Shown here: one piece after another, positions 49,773 through 61,300 of the stretch
How the letters are laid out: each line of letters starts with the position of its first letter
How positions within the stretch are numbered: position 1 is the stretch's first letter
Virus record (IMG/VR): IMGVR_UViG_3300046007_008124
Coordinates: 28,078 to 92,077 of that record
DNA: 64,000 bases
DNA from: a virus
Direction: 5' to 3' (one strand)
Position numbers and translations under genes: made by a program
The notes under the pieces: generated by a model
What the model saw: only the letters and a program-made list of their open reading frames with translations
Told to the model about the DNA's origin: nothing
Database searches by the model: none

Positions 49773-52700
49773 ATGTCAGAGAGTACTTTATCATTTGCAT
49801 CATCCTCAAGTTTCAGAAACCAACTAATGGTTAGAAACTTGAAACCTTATACTGTACCTGGTGTTTTTTCACCACCAAGTAGTAATGTAAATTATGAAAC
49901 AAATTTGACAGTATCTAGTGTTATTGACTCACCAGATACTTTAATTTCATCAAACAATTTTGCAAATACATTATATCCATTAAATGAGTATGGACCTGAT
50001 GGTGGATTTGAAGGTAAATATTCATTACCTGCTGCACCATATCCGGTTGAATCTAATTCAGGTCCGTATAGTCCAAATGACACACAACTTGATATTATTA
50101 ATGAATTTTTTATTGATGCAGCTTATGTACAGAATATTTATGGTCCGGAAGGCGGATATAATGATTTAGTTGTTATTACCGATGTTGTTGGTAATCCTAA
50201 ACTATACCAACCATATTGGGACCCATCATCATTTGTCGCATCATCATATTCAACTTATGATTTAATATTTAGTCAAAACCCAACCGGTTCAAACGGACCC
50301 TTATCGCAGGATACTTATCTTGCTAGACTTGGAGCTAGTACTTTAAAAAGTTTGTTTGAAGAAAGAATTGCAGCAGAAATTACACAGAATACAATTGGTA
50401 GAGTAAATTTAGATTCGTTACAAGATCCGTTTACTGCAACACTAGTTGCTAGTGGTAAAGAACCTTTTGTTGAAAAAAATTGGAAAATTACAGAACCAGA
50501 AAATCCATTAGGCGCTGCAGTATCATTAGGAAATAGATTGAGTGGTACGTATTTCCCAGTTTCGTTAATTCCAGGTGACTATTTCAATGGAACGGAAATA
50601 CAAGCACCTAGACTTGAGAAAGCACTTGAAGTTATTAATCCGTTAACTGGCGGACTATTAGGACCAGTTTTAGATGTTTTTAGAAATCCGTCTGAAACAT
50701 TTGTTGCTAATACCGGTAACGGACAAAGATCAATATTATTTTCTACATTAGATTATAACAAATATAGACCAAAATACACAAGAGGACCAATACAATCAAT
50801 AACAACTGGTCTTGATAGAATTTTAGATCCGGATAAACCAAATACAGGTGGTTATTATGTTGGTAGCCCACAAGCGGAACCATCAAGAATTGATTCACCG
50901 GCAAATCAAGTTCCAGTTGGTCCTGGTGGTAAACAACTTACAACAATTGTTTATGGACCACAAGAATTGGGTATATTATATGAAGGTAACCAAAATAAAA
51001 TACAAAATGGATTGGCCGGAAAATCTTTAACCGATGGCGGTGGTATTGCCGGACAGTTTGTTTGGACATCACCAAAATATAAACCAAATGCTGGTTTTAA
51101 AGTAGGTGTTGGAGGAAAAGTAACCGAACAAGATAAAGAATATGAAGTTGTTAAAACAGATTATGAAAAATATCAATCAACAGATATTAATTTTAAGGAA
51201 GGTTCAATATTAGATCAAACACAAAGATTAATAAATTCTGCTGATAACGTACAAGGTGGTACAAGATTAAAACACGTTGGTAATGCAATTAACCAGGTAT
51301 CAAAAGTATTTAATGATGGTTATAAAGAAATAACAAAAGGCTCAAAAGTACTATCATATAAAAATGATTCTGATGGTACTGAAGCTGGAATTGAATATTG
51401 TAGAATTTTTACAAAAGATACGCCGTATTTCACATATGCTGATTTACAAAAAAGTGATGGTATTACAAAATCAGGTAGAAAATTCTCATATTCAGTATTT
51501 GATAATACATATAATTTAAATATTGCACCATTAAAAAATCCAGGTTCAACAAATATAGTTGACAATAAAGTTAAAAAATATATGTTCTCAATTGAGAACT
51601 TAGCTTGGAGGACATCAGATAGACCTGGTTATACTTATGATGATTTACCGGTTTGTGAAAGAGGACCAAATGGTGGTAGAATAATGTGGTTCCCCCCATA
51701 TAGCTTAACTTTTAGTGATGATAGTTCACCACAATTTAATCCAACAACATTTTTAGGAAGACCAGAACCAATTTATACTTATAAAAATACAACAAGAAAA
51801 GGTAGTATAAGTTGGAAAATGATTGTTGACCACCCTGCGGTAATGAATACAATTGTACAGAAACAATTAAAAAACATACCAAAAGAAAGAGTTGATTCTA
51901 TGTTAGATTCATTTTTTGCTGGATGTTTAAAATATGATTTATATGAATTAGGTATTAAATTTAATACAATACCAACAAGAGATTTATTTACTTACCAACA
52001 AGTATTAAACAACCCAAGATTGACAGCTGAAGAACTTGGACAAGTTGCTTTTGAAATACCACAAACACCTGAAAGCTCAACAGTAACACAAGGTAGCGGT
52101 ACAAACTCCGATAATAGTAATAATGCAAATTCAACAACAAGCACCGTTCAAAATCAAACCTCAACAGAATTAGTCGCAACACAAGACTTAGATAAGTTTG
52201 TAGGATATGGTTGGTATTTTGATAATAATTCACCAAATTCAAGAACAGGAGCCAACACATATGGACCAACAGCAACAAACGATTTTGATTTTTGGTATGA
52301 AGGATATATGGGTAGAAAAAATGTAGAATATGTAAATAATGCACCAGAAAAAGCTTATTTAACAAATGATATAACAGAAGGACCAAGAGGTGGTGTAATA
52401 ACATATAATGGTGCTGTTAAAGAATATACAAGATCTGCAATTCCAGATTTTTTTACTCAAGTTGTTGAAGGTAACTTTTCCGTATTAAAAGGTGGGTTTC
52501 TTGAAAAAGTTAGAGAAATATTAACCCAAGGTGGTAAAATAGAAATTGATTTAGTTGGTTCAGCTTCAGCAACAGCTAGTGTTCAGTATAATGTTGACAT
52601 ATCAAAAAGAAGAAATGATTCTGTATTAAAATGGTTAGGAAAACAAGAAGTATCTGGAAAAACAATACAAAATTATATTGACGATAAAAGCCTTATTTTA

Positions 52701-54998
52701 AAATTTACACCAAGAGGTGAAGAAATTGTTATACCTAAAACAAATTCAGAAGCACAACAATCTTCTGACACTAATGATATTGCATTAGTTAATAGTAGTG
52801 GTAAGGATAGTTTTTTAACTGATAGTGTTGATTGTAGAGTGAATGTTAGGGAAAAAGTTGGAACAAACCAATATAAAAGGACAAGTTTTGCTGAGTGGTA
52901 TTCTATACCACCTATGGCCTGTAGAAGGGTGGCGATTCAATCGATTAGAGCTAAAGTCCCACCAAAGCCACCAGTAAAAGAAGAAGTTACCGTTAATGAA
53001 GGTGGTGGTGGTGAGAATGTAATAGTTGTTGAAGATCCACAAACAAAACCATCTAACGCAATTAAACCATCACCAAATATTACTGTAGAACAAAAAATAA
53101 AAGACGGTATTTCTAAAAAAATACTAAGATTTTTATTTTCAGAGTGTGACTATTTTGAAGTATTAAAGGAAAATGACCCAATGATATTCCAATCAATAAA
53201 AGATAAAATTAAATATTTTAATCCGGCATTCCACTCAACAACACCTGAAGGTCTAAATGCTAGACTTACATTTTTAAATCAATGTGTTAGACCAGGACAA
53301 ACAATACCTATAATTGGTGCTGATGGTAGACCAAAATACAATGACGCTTTAAACACATCATTTGGGGCACCACCAATATTAGTATTGAGAGTTGGTGATT
53401 TTTATCATAGTAAAATTGTACCTAATAATTTATCATTTAAATATGATGATGCTAAATATGATTTAAACCCAGAAGGTATAGGTATACAACCAATGATTGT
53501 TGATGTTAGTTTAAGTTTTGATTTTATTGGTGGTCACGGATTAAGAGGTCCTGTTGAGGAATTACAAAACGCTTTATCTTTTAATTTTTATGCAAATACC
53601 GAAATTTACGATGAAAGAGCAACAGCAACCGAAGATGTTAGTGAAAGAGATAAGTATGTTGTTGAGAAAATATTAGCAAATCAACCACCGGTTAAAACAA
53701 ATCAAGTAGAAAACCCAATACCTAAAAAAGGTGGTTCGACTATTGGTAATATATTAAATGACACTGAAATTGATTATACAAAAAATCTTAATTCTTTTTG
53801 GACCAAAACCGTTGAATATTTTGATGCCGTAATAAACACAAATAATACATTAGTTAAAACAAATAATATCGGAATTATAAATTTATTATTTTTAGAAAAA
53901 GATTATTTAAAAGGTAGTTTTGATGAGTACGGAACAAAAGAACAAGTTTCAATATACGGTAAACCAAAGAATGTTGAAGAAAAATTAAATAAACTTTTTG
54001 ATAGAGTATTAGATGATGTATCAAAAAGGGAAGATCCTTTTATGCAACAAATAATTAAAAATGATGATTTAAGATTAAAAGATAAGAGAGAAATTGAAAA
54101 TAGACTTAAAGATTATATTACAAAAACTAAAGATGATTTTATATTAAATGTTACAAATAATTTAACAAGTCTTGTTACTTTACAACAAGAGTATATACAA
54201 TATTTTAGACAATTTAATTTAATATTAACAAAAACAGATGGCTCATTAAATAGTAATAACCTAACAAATATATATAACTTGTCCGGTGTAACCTTTAGCC
54301 CAACTGTAGGCGGAGATACTCCTCCACCACCACCTAGTGCCGCACCAGCACCAGCAGATACTTTTGAATTAATTAAACAAACTTATGGTAAAATAAAAGA
54401 TAAACATAAAGAATTTTTTGATGAAAAAAATGGTATTGTTAAAGCATGGTTGTTTTTAGGTTTAGATTTAGCTGATGACATATATAATAAAGGTAATTCA
54501 ACTTTTAATGATAAAGGGGTTGAAAATAACCCAAATAACAAAAATGAAGAATTAGGTAAAATTAGTTTTACTTATAATACATCAATAAAATATAATAAAG
54601 AAACTAACCGATTTTACCAAGTAATGGCACAAGTAATTTTTGATGAAAATAAAAGAAATGATTTTAAAAATTATTTATTAGATAGTACACTATATGGTGA
54701 TAATAAAACAAATGTTGAGAAAAGTATTAATGATGCAACTCAAGGATTAGTAAATCAATGGGATAAGTATACAAAATATAATTCAGAACAAAGATTTACT
54801 GAAAAAAATATAAAAGAAAGTGAAACATATAAAAAATTAACAACATCACCAATAGATCCGGCAGTTACTTATAAACTAAATTATGTGTTTACAACAAACG
54901 CAACAAATGACCAGAAAAAAAGAATATTAGACTTATATTCAACAAATAACATTAATACAAAAGTAGAAACTTTTGATGGTAAAATTAAATTTAATTAA
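49773..54998 (+). CDS. Large baseplate/tube-initiator protein with internal OmpA-like domain
   Basis: FPPYSLTFSDDS...FLGRPEPIYTYKNTTR and PPILVLRVGDFY...QPMIVDVSLSFDFIG tube-fold motifs; IDLVGSAS...YNVDISKRRNDSV...RRVAI is OmpA-like. Confidence 0.6.
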   Translation: MSESTLSFASSSSFRNQLMVRNLKPYTVPGVFSPPSSNVNYETNLTVSSVIDSPDTLISSNNFANTLYPLNEYGPDGGFEGKYSLPAAPYPVESNSGPYSPNDTQLDIINEFFIDAAYVQNIYGPEGGYNDLVVITDVVGNPKLYQPYWDPSSFVASSYSTYDLIFSQNPTGSNGPLSQDTYLARLGASTLKSLFEERIAAEITQNTIGRVNLDSLQDPFTATLVASGKEPFVEKNWKITEPENPLGAAVSLGNRLSGTYFPVSLIPGDYFNGTEIQAPRLEKALEVINPLTGGLLGPVLDVFRNPSETFVANTGNGQRSILFSTLDYNKYRPKYTRGPIQSITTGLDRILDPDKPNTGGYYVGSPQAEPSRIDSPANQVPVGPGGKQLTTIVYGPQELGILYEGNQNKIQNGLAGKSLTDGGGIAGQFVWTSPKYKPNAGFKVGVGGKVTEQDKEYEVVKTDYEKYQSTDINFKEGSILDQTQRLINSADNVQGGTRLKHVGNAINQVSKVFNDGYKEITKGSKVLSYKNDSDGTEAGIEYCRIFTKDTPYFTYADLQKSDGITKSGRKFSYSVFDNTYNLNIAPLKNPGSTNIVDNKVKKYMFSIENLAWRTSDRPGYTYDDLPVCERGPNGGRIMWFPPYSLTFSDDSSPQFNPTTFLGRPEPIYTYKNTTRKGSISWKMIVDHPAVMNTIVQKQLKNIPKERVDSMLDSFFAGCLKYDLYELGIKFNTIPTRDLFTYQQVLNNPRLTAEELGQVAFEIPQTPESSTVTQGSGTNSDNSNNANSTTSTVQNQTSTELVATQDLDKFVGYGWYFDNNSPNSRTGANTYGPTATNDFDFWYEGYMGRKNVEYVNNAPEKAYLTNDITEGPRGGVITYNGAVKEYTRSAIPDFFTQVVEGNFSVLKGGFLEKVREILTQGGKIEIDLVGSASATASVQYNVDISKRRNDSVLKWLGKQEVSGKTIQNYIDDKSLILKFTPRGEEIVIPKTNSEAQQSSDTNDIALVNSSGKDSFLTDSVDCRVNVREKVGTNQYKRTSFAEWYSIPPMACRRVAIQSIRAKVPPKPPVKEEVTVNEGGGGENVIVVEDPQTKPSNAIKPSPNITVEQKIKDGISKKILRFLFSECDYFEVLKENDPMIFQSIKDKIKYFNPAFHSTTPEGLNARLTFLNQCVRPGQTIPIIGADGRPKYNDALNTSFGAPPILVLRVGDFYHSKIVPNNLSFKYDDAKYDLNPEGIGIQPMIVDVSLSFDFIGGHGLRGPVEELQNALSFNFYANTEIYDERATATEDVSERDKYVVEKILANQPPVKTNQVENPIPKKGGSTIGNILNDTEIDYTKNLNSFWTKTVEYFDAVINTNNTLVKTNNIGIINLLFLEKDYLKGSFDEYGTKEQVSIYGKPKNVEEKLNKLFDRVLDDVSKREDPFMQQIIKNDDLRLKDKREIENRLKDYITKTKDDFILNVTNNLTSLVTLQQEYIQYFRQFNLILTKTDGSLNSNNLTNIYNLSGVTFSPTVGGDTPPPPPSAAPAPADTFELIKQTYGKIKDKHKEFFDEKNGIVKAWLFLGLDLADDIYNKGNSTFNDKGVENNPNNKNEELGKISFTYNTSIKYNKETNRFYQVMAQVIFDENKRNDFKNYLLDSTLYGDNKTNVEKSINDATQGLVNQWDKYTKYNSEQRFTEKNIKESETYKKLTTSPIDPAVTYKLNYVFTTNATNDQKKRILDLYSTNNINTKVETFDGKIKFN

Positions 54999-55000
54999 AT

Positions 55001-55324
55001 ATGAATTTACAATATTACAATAGATATAGTCAATTTTTAGTTAATGGACAACAAGAAGTTGTTCCCTATATAATATTACCATCTAAAGCAACCGATAAAA
55101 ATTACATTTATAGGATTGGTCAATCAAGGTTAGATAAAATATCTACACAGTACTATAATTCACCATTTTTTGGTTGGTTAATATTACAAGCAAACCCACA
55201 GTATAGTGGTTCTGAATGGAGTATACCGGATGGTGCTATATTGACAATTCCATTTCCTTTACTAACATCATTACAGGATTATAACAATGAATTAAATAAT
55301 TACTTTTTTTATTATGGTAGATAA
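55001..55324 (+). CDS. Baseplate wedge LysM-like protein (gp53-like)
   Basis: RLDKISTQYYNSPFFGWLILQANP...IPDGAILTIP. Confidence 0.7.
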   Translation: MNLQYYNRYSQFLVNGQQEVVPYIILPSKATDKNYIYRIGQSRLDKISTQYYNSPFFGWLILQANPQYSGSEWSIPDGAILTIPFPLLTSLQDYNNELNNYFFYYGR

Positions 55325-58300
55325 CGGAGAAAATATATTAGTTGAATTTGATTATGACAACATAACTCTCGTTGACCCAAATAAAGTAATAGATGAAGAA
55401 GGAAAGGTTAGAGAAAGATATGTTAAACAAGAAAATTTAATGATGTATGCTAACTTGGAATGTAGTGTTGTTCCAAGAACAAAATTAGCAATTGGTGCAC
55501 CACTAAATGATAATGTAAGGACAATTTCTGTTGGTAAAATTAATTTCCTAAATCCAGGTTTTAAAAAATTTATGAGCACATCTTGGTCCGATGAGTTAAC
55601 CGGAAAAGATACAGTAAAAGGTGAAGGGGTAAATCAACCAAAATTAAATGCCGTACAAAATCCAAAAAAATCTGACGACTATTATATAACACAAAGTCAA
55701 TACTCAAATGGTACACCGGGATCTGTTGATACTGGTTTATTAGGTATTAAATCAATTAATATTGATATTAACACAGCATTTTATCCAACTGTTAGTATAA
55801 CATTAGAGGATGTTAAAGGTAGAGCATTATTTGAAGCTGGTAATAATTCACCATATGCTGCATTCTTCCAATTACCATATCCAATTTTTTATTTAACTAT
55901 TAAAGGATTTTATGGTAAAGCAGTAAGATATCCATTAATGTTACAGACGTTTTCATCAACTTTTGATGGTTCTTCTGGAAATTTTAAAATTAGTTTAAAA
56001 TTACACGGATATAAATATGGTATAATGTCTTATGTAAATTGGGGTCAAATGTTAGCGGTACCTCATATGTATAATACATTTGTTAATAAAAATTTACCAA
56101 CAAATAATTCTGGGACACAAACAAGTGTTTCTGTTGATAATGGTGAAGTTACAATTACTGCAACAAGAAATCGTAATAGAAAACCAGAACTAGTTAGTAG
56201 AGGTTATCAAAAAATGAAAGAAGTTTATTCTGAGTACAAAACAAAAGGTTTAATTGATGATGATTTTCCTGAATACACAGTAACAAAACTTAAAAGTAAA
56301 TTAGATAATTTTATAAAAGAAATTTTAGAAAAATTCTCAAAAGAAAATCTAGGTACATTAACAGAGTTAGATAATTTTCAAACACTACTAACCGAGTTCC
56401 AAAAGAAAGTATTCTTTAATACAAATTCTTGGTATAGAACTTATCTAGATGAAAAAACACCATTTGTTTTAACAAATGAAAGTAAAGTTTATACATATAA
56501 AAAAGATTATAATACACCAGAAAAAAGAACTGCAGCAGAAACAGAACTAGATGGTATTTTAAAAGATTTTGTACAAAAACTATCGGCTAATAGTGTTGCC
56601 GGTACAAATGGTAGTTATACTGTATCAGGAAAAGTAACTAAAAGTCAAGTACCAATAGATGTTGATTTGAAAAAAATAAAAATTGATGTAACAGATAAGG
56701 ACGTTAATTTTTCTGAATCATACAAAGAAATATTTGGTAAAAACGCATCTAAAAGTGCAACAACAGCAACAACTGTTGTTGATGAATTTAAACAAAATTA
56801 TACATCAATAATTAATAATTCCTTATTCTATTCTTTTGATGGTAAAGGTAGATTTAATGAAATTATTGAAATAGCATCAAAAAATGTTACAACATTAAGA
56901 TCTGAAATTGAAAAAAAAATAACAGAAAGTTTAGCCGAACAATTATCAAGAAAAGATAGTGGTATTGGTTTTAAACCAACAATAAGAAATATTTTAGCAC
57001 CATTTTTTGCACAAGGTGAAGCATTCATTAGATTAATGGATGATGTACACACAAAAGCTTGGGAAGTAAGAGAAAATCCATATAGAAAAGCGGCGGTGAT
57101 TGGTGGTTCATCAACAGCACAAAGTGTTGATGTTAAAGTACCTGGACAGACAACTGAACCAATTTATCCTTGGCCACAAGTATTAAGAGAATACACTGCC
57201 GAAGATGGTAACGAAAAATTTGAACAAAAATATCCTGGTGATCCGTCAATATCTTCATTAACAAAAGCATATATTCCGGAACTATGGCCAGAAATTGAAT
57301 TTGTTGAAGAATATATTAAAGGTTTTATTGAAAGAGAACAACCAGAACCAGATATTGGTGATACAAATAACGGTGAACTTAAACCTAATAGATTAAGTTT
57401 AAATTCTGTTGATTTCCCTATAACAAATGAAGTCTTTCAAAATAAAGAGGAGTCTAAATTTTATTATGAAATTTACGAAAGAGTAATGGTAAATGCTTTT
57501 TATTCTAAATTAAGTAGACAATCTGGTTATCAATCAAGTGTTTATTTGGTTGAATCTGAAAATGAAAAATTAAATGTTTTAAAAAGTTTAGGTTCCGAAT
57601 CACCATTTTTACAAAAGAAATTAAAACAATACTTAATTGATGGTGGTAATTTTACAACATTTTTAAGACACATATCAAATCAAGGTGAGGGTGAAAGCTG
57701 GCAAAAATTTATTAGAGGTGAAATAGTTACACCGTATCTAAAAAATAAAGTAGACAACCCAGCCCAAATATTTAATAGAGGTTTATTAAGTAGTGAAAAA
57801 TCACAACCTAGTTTATCTTTAACTCAAGCAAATAAAATTACAGACTATATTCAAAACTTAACGTCAAGTAATGAATTTGATTTTACAGATATGTACCCAA
57901 TCACAAATTTAGATTGGTCAAAAAAATATTTAGCAAATGGAAAATCAGTAAATGGAGATAAAGAAATCTTTAATACTAATAAAGTGTTAAAATATAACAC
58001 TGTCCATAAAACTATAACAAATTTTTCAATTGACGATACAACAACAACTAAAAGACCAGTAACAAATTATAACTATACAACAAATATTTTTAATCAAACA
58101 ATTAATACAAATTTAAAACAGTTTTATAATAATAGAAAAATCGAAGAACAGTTTATAACTGAAGGTAATGTAAATTATTCAAACTACGAAGCTTATTTGA
58201 CGGATACTCAAACAACATCAATATTAAATACACCATTTTTTATAAACTCAATACAAAATGGATTATTTAACTTTAGATATAAATCAAATGATTTATCACC

Positions 58301-61300
58301 TTATAAATCCGCAGCTTACTATTTTATTAATAGTTTACCACTCGCAACTTTAAGAGAAAAATATAAAGATTTAGAAAGTAATACCGAACTTGATTATATA
58401 ATATCAACTTTAAAAAAGTTTGGTGGTGTACATAGAATGCCATATGCTTGGATTTTAAAGTACGGTTCGATATGGCACAGATATAAAACTTGGAATAGAA
58501 AAGGTACTGACGTTTTAGATGAATCTTGGAATAACTTTAATTATTTAGCAAATTATGATCCATCAAATTCAGCGTCAACTAAAACCTTTACATTAAATAT
58601 AAATAATCAACCAAAAAATATTGTATTAACTGATAATATAACAAATGGTTCAAATACGGTAACAACAATGAATGTTGGATTTTATCCAAAATTAATTGAT
58701 GATATGAATGTTTTTCTACAAGGTTTAAAATTATTTTCTGGAACAACACAATTAAATGGTACCGCAACAGCATATAATGATATTTTAGTTGTTGAAACAA
58801 TTAATGATAACAACTTATTACCTGGACAAATATTGGCTGGACCAGGTGTTGAATTAAACACAACAATAGTTTCACAATTAAGTGGTACAACTGGAGGTAT
58901 TGGAATTTATAAAGTAAACCTAGCTCAAAACCCAACAGTTTTAAATGGTGTTTGCTCTATAACTGGAACAACAATGGATGTATTAAGTATCACTGGTGGT
59001 ACACTTTCAGTTAACCAAAAAATTGTAGGACAAAGTCTTGAAATAAATACAAAAATATTATCACAAGTTAGTGGTACAACTGGTGGTGTTGGTAGATACA
59101 CAATTGACATACCACAGAATGTAACATCATCTAATTTCTTTTTGTCAAATCCACAAATTTTTTATGTGACAAACGCATCAACAGCTGGTTATTCACAAGG
59201 TGAAGTACAAACTTTATTGGACGATGGTAAATTGATATTATCAACAACAATTGAAAGTAAAATTGTCAAACCAACTGGATTTGATAATTCAGATAATGGT
59301 AGGTCATTAAATCTTTCTACTTGGTCAGTTTTAACAAAAAATAATACCGATGATAAATATTTTATTATACCATCATTTGGTAATACAATAAATCAGATAA
59401 ATGATGAATGTTTTAAAAACAATAATTTAAAAATTGAAATTACAAATAATCCGGCATTATTTAATGGTTCAGTTAGAATGTTTTGGGGTGCACCTAATTA
59501 CGGTTATTTTGATTTAACAAAAATAACTAAACCAGACCCAAGTTCTTATATGAAAGAAATATTCCCAGATAAGGCAATACAACAAAATTTTTCATTGAAT
59601 GGTGATAATAAAAAATATAATAAAATATCTGAAATATTTACAACATTTGAAACCGAAGTTTTAGACTATTTTGAAGAAGAATTTTTAAATTTTAGTAGAT
59701 CGATATATGATTATAATACTTTAATTGCTGGAGAACCAGGTGAGGAAACCGAACTTGAGATTGCATTTAAAAATTTTCAATATCTAATGAGACAACTTAT
59801 GGTTATTGAAAAACCAACAAATTTACAGAATGAGACTTTAGTTGATGAGGTCATTAAAAAACAAAATGAAAACTTCCAAAAAGTTTTAAATAAGTTTATG
59901 GAATATGACGTTGTACTTAAAATGGGTAATCCAACAATGTACGATAAAAGATTATTTTATACTTTCTCAACTAAATTTATTGAAGACCCAATTTCATATC
60001 AAGGTTATAATCAAGGTGCACCAGGTTCTTTACCGACAAATGGTGGTTCAATAACTTTAGCACAGTCAAAAAGTGCAAACCCACAGACTTGGAAAGACCT
60101 TGAGTATTATGTTGGTTTTTCTGAAATACCAGAATTAGTTTATTCTGATAATGGTTCATATATTACAGATTTTTTTGTTGATATGAATGTACAATTTAAT
60201 GAAAAAAATGTAAAAGATTTTGCACCAATTATTAAATTATATGCAACACAAAAATTAATTAATAAAAATATTAATGTTTCTGAGTTTTTTACATTAATGA
60301 ATACATATTTGGATACAACAGAGTTATATCTTAACAATGTTCTAAATGATTTAATGACAGGTATTAGAAATGAATTACCAGAAATTGTTGTAACAAATGA
60401 AGGTCTTGACAATAAAGCACCACTACAAGGTGATCAATCAAGAGACGAACTTTGGGATATGTTTAAAGCTTTAAATGATACTTGGATAGCTGGAGCTGAC
60501 CTTAAAACAAAAACAATATTTGAAGATTTATTATTATTTGATAGAGCAAGTAGAGATATTGGACAAAAAGTTTTAGTGGACATCTTTAAGGTTAAAGATA
60601 TGATTGAAACCGGTTTAGTAAAAAATACTTGGTATAATATAATATCAACAATATTACAAGAAAATAATTTTACAATATTCCCAATCCCAGCCTTTTCAAA
60701 TTTTTATAATGTACAAGACGCTGTAAAAAATCCGGTACCTAAAGCTGAAGGTAGTTTAGAATTTGCAAATTCATTTTGGGGTACATTTTTAAATGTTGAT
60801 TACCGAAACACAACACCAAAAATATTATGTTATTATAATAGTAAACCAAGTAATCACTTGGCTATGAATGATAATGCAGATTATAGATATAGAGATGATG
60901 CTTTTGATTTAAGAAGAGCTAGTGACAATCCACTACTTGAAAACCAATTAAATAAAAATAATTGGGATAAATCAAATAAAGTTGTTGGTTTTAATGTCGA
61001 TGTTAGTTCACAAAATCAACAAATATTTGAAAGTTTTACATTAGGTCAGGATGCCGGACAACCAACAGCGGAATCACTTGAAATGATAAATCAAATGGCC
61101 AATCAAAGTAGAAATAGAGGTACAGCAACACAAAGTGTTTCATTGTATAATTTGTATAAAAATAGAAGTTATACTTGTTCTGTTGATATGATGGGTAATG
61201 CACTCATACAACCTATGATGTATTTTAATTTAAGAAACGTACCAATGTTTAGTGGACCATATATGATTACTAAAGTTTCACATCAAATTGGTGAAGGATC

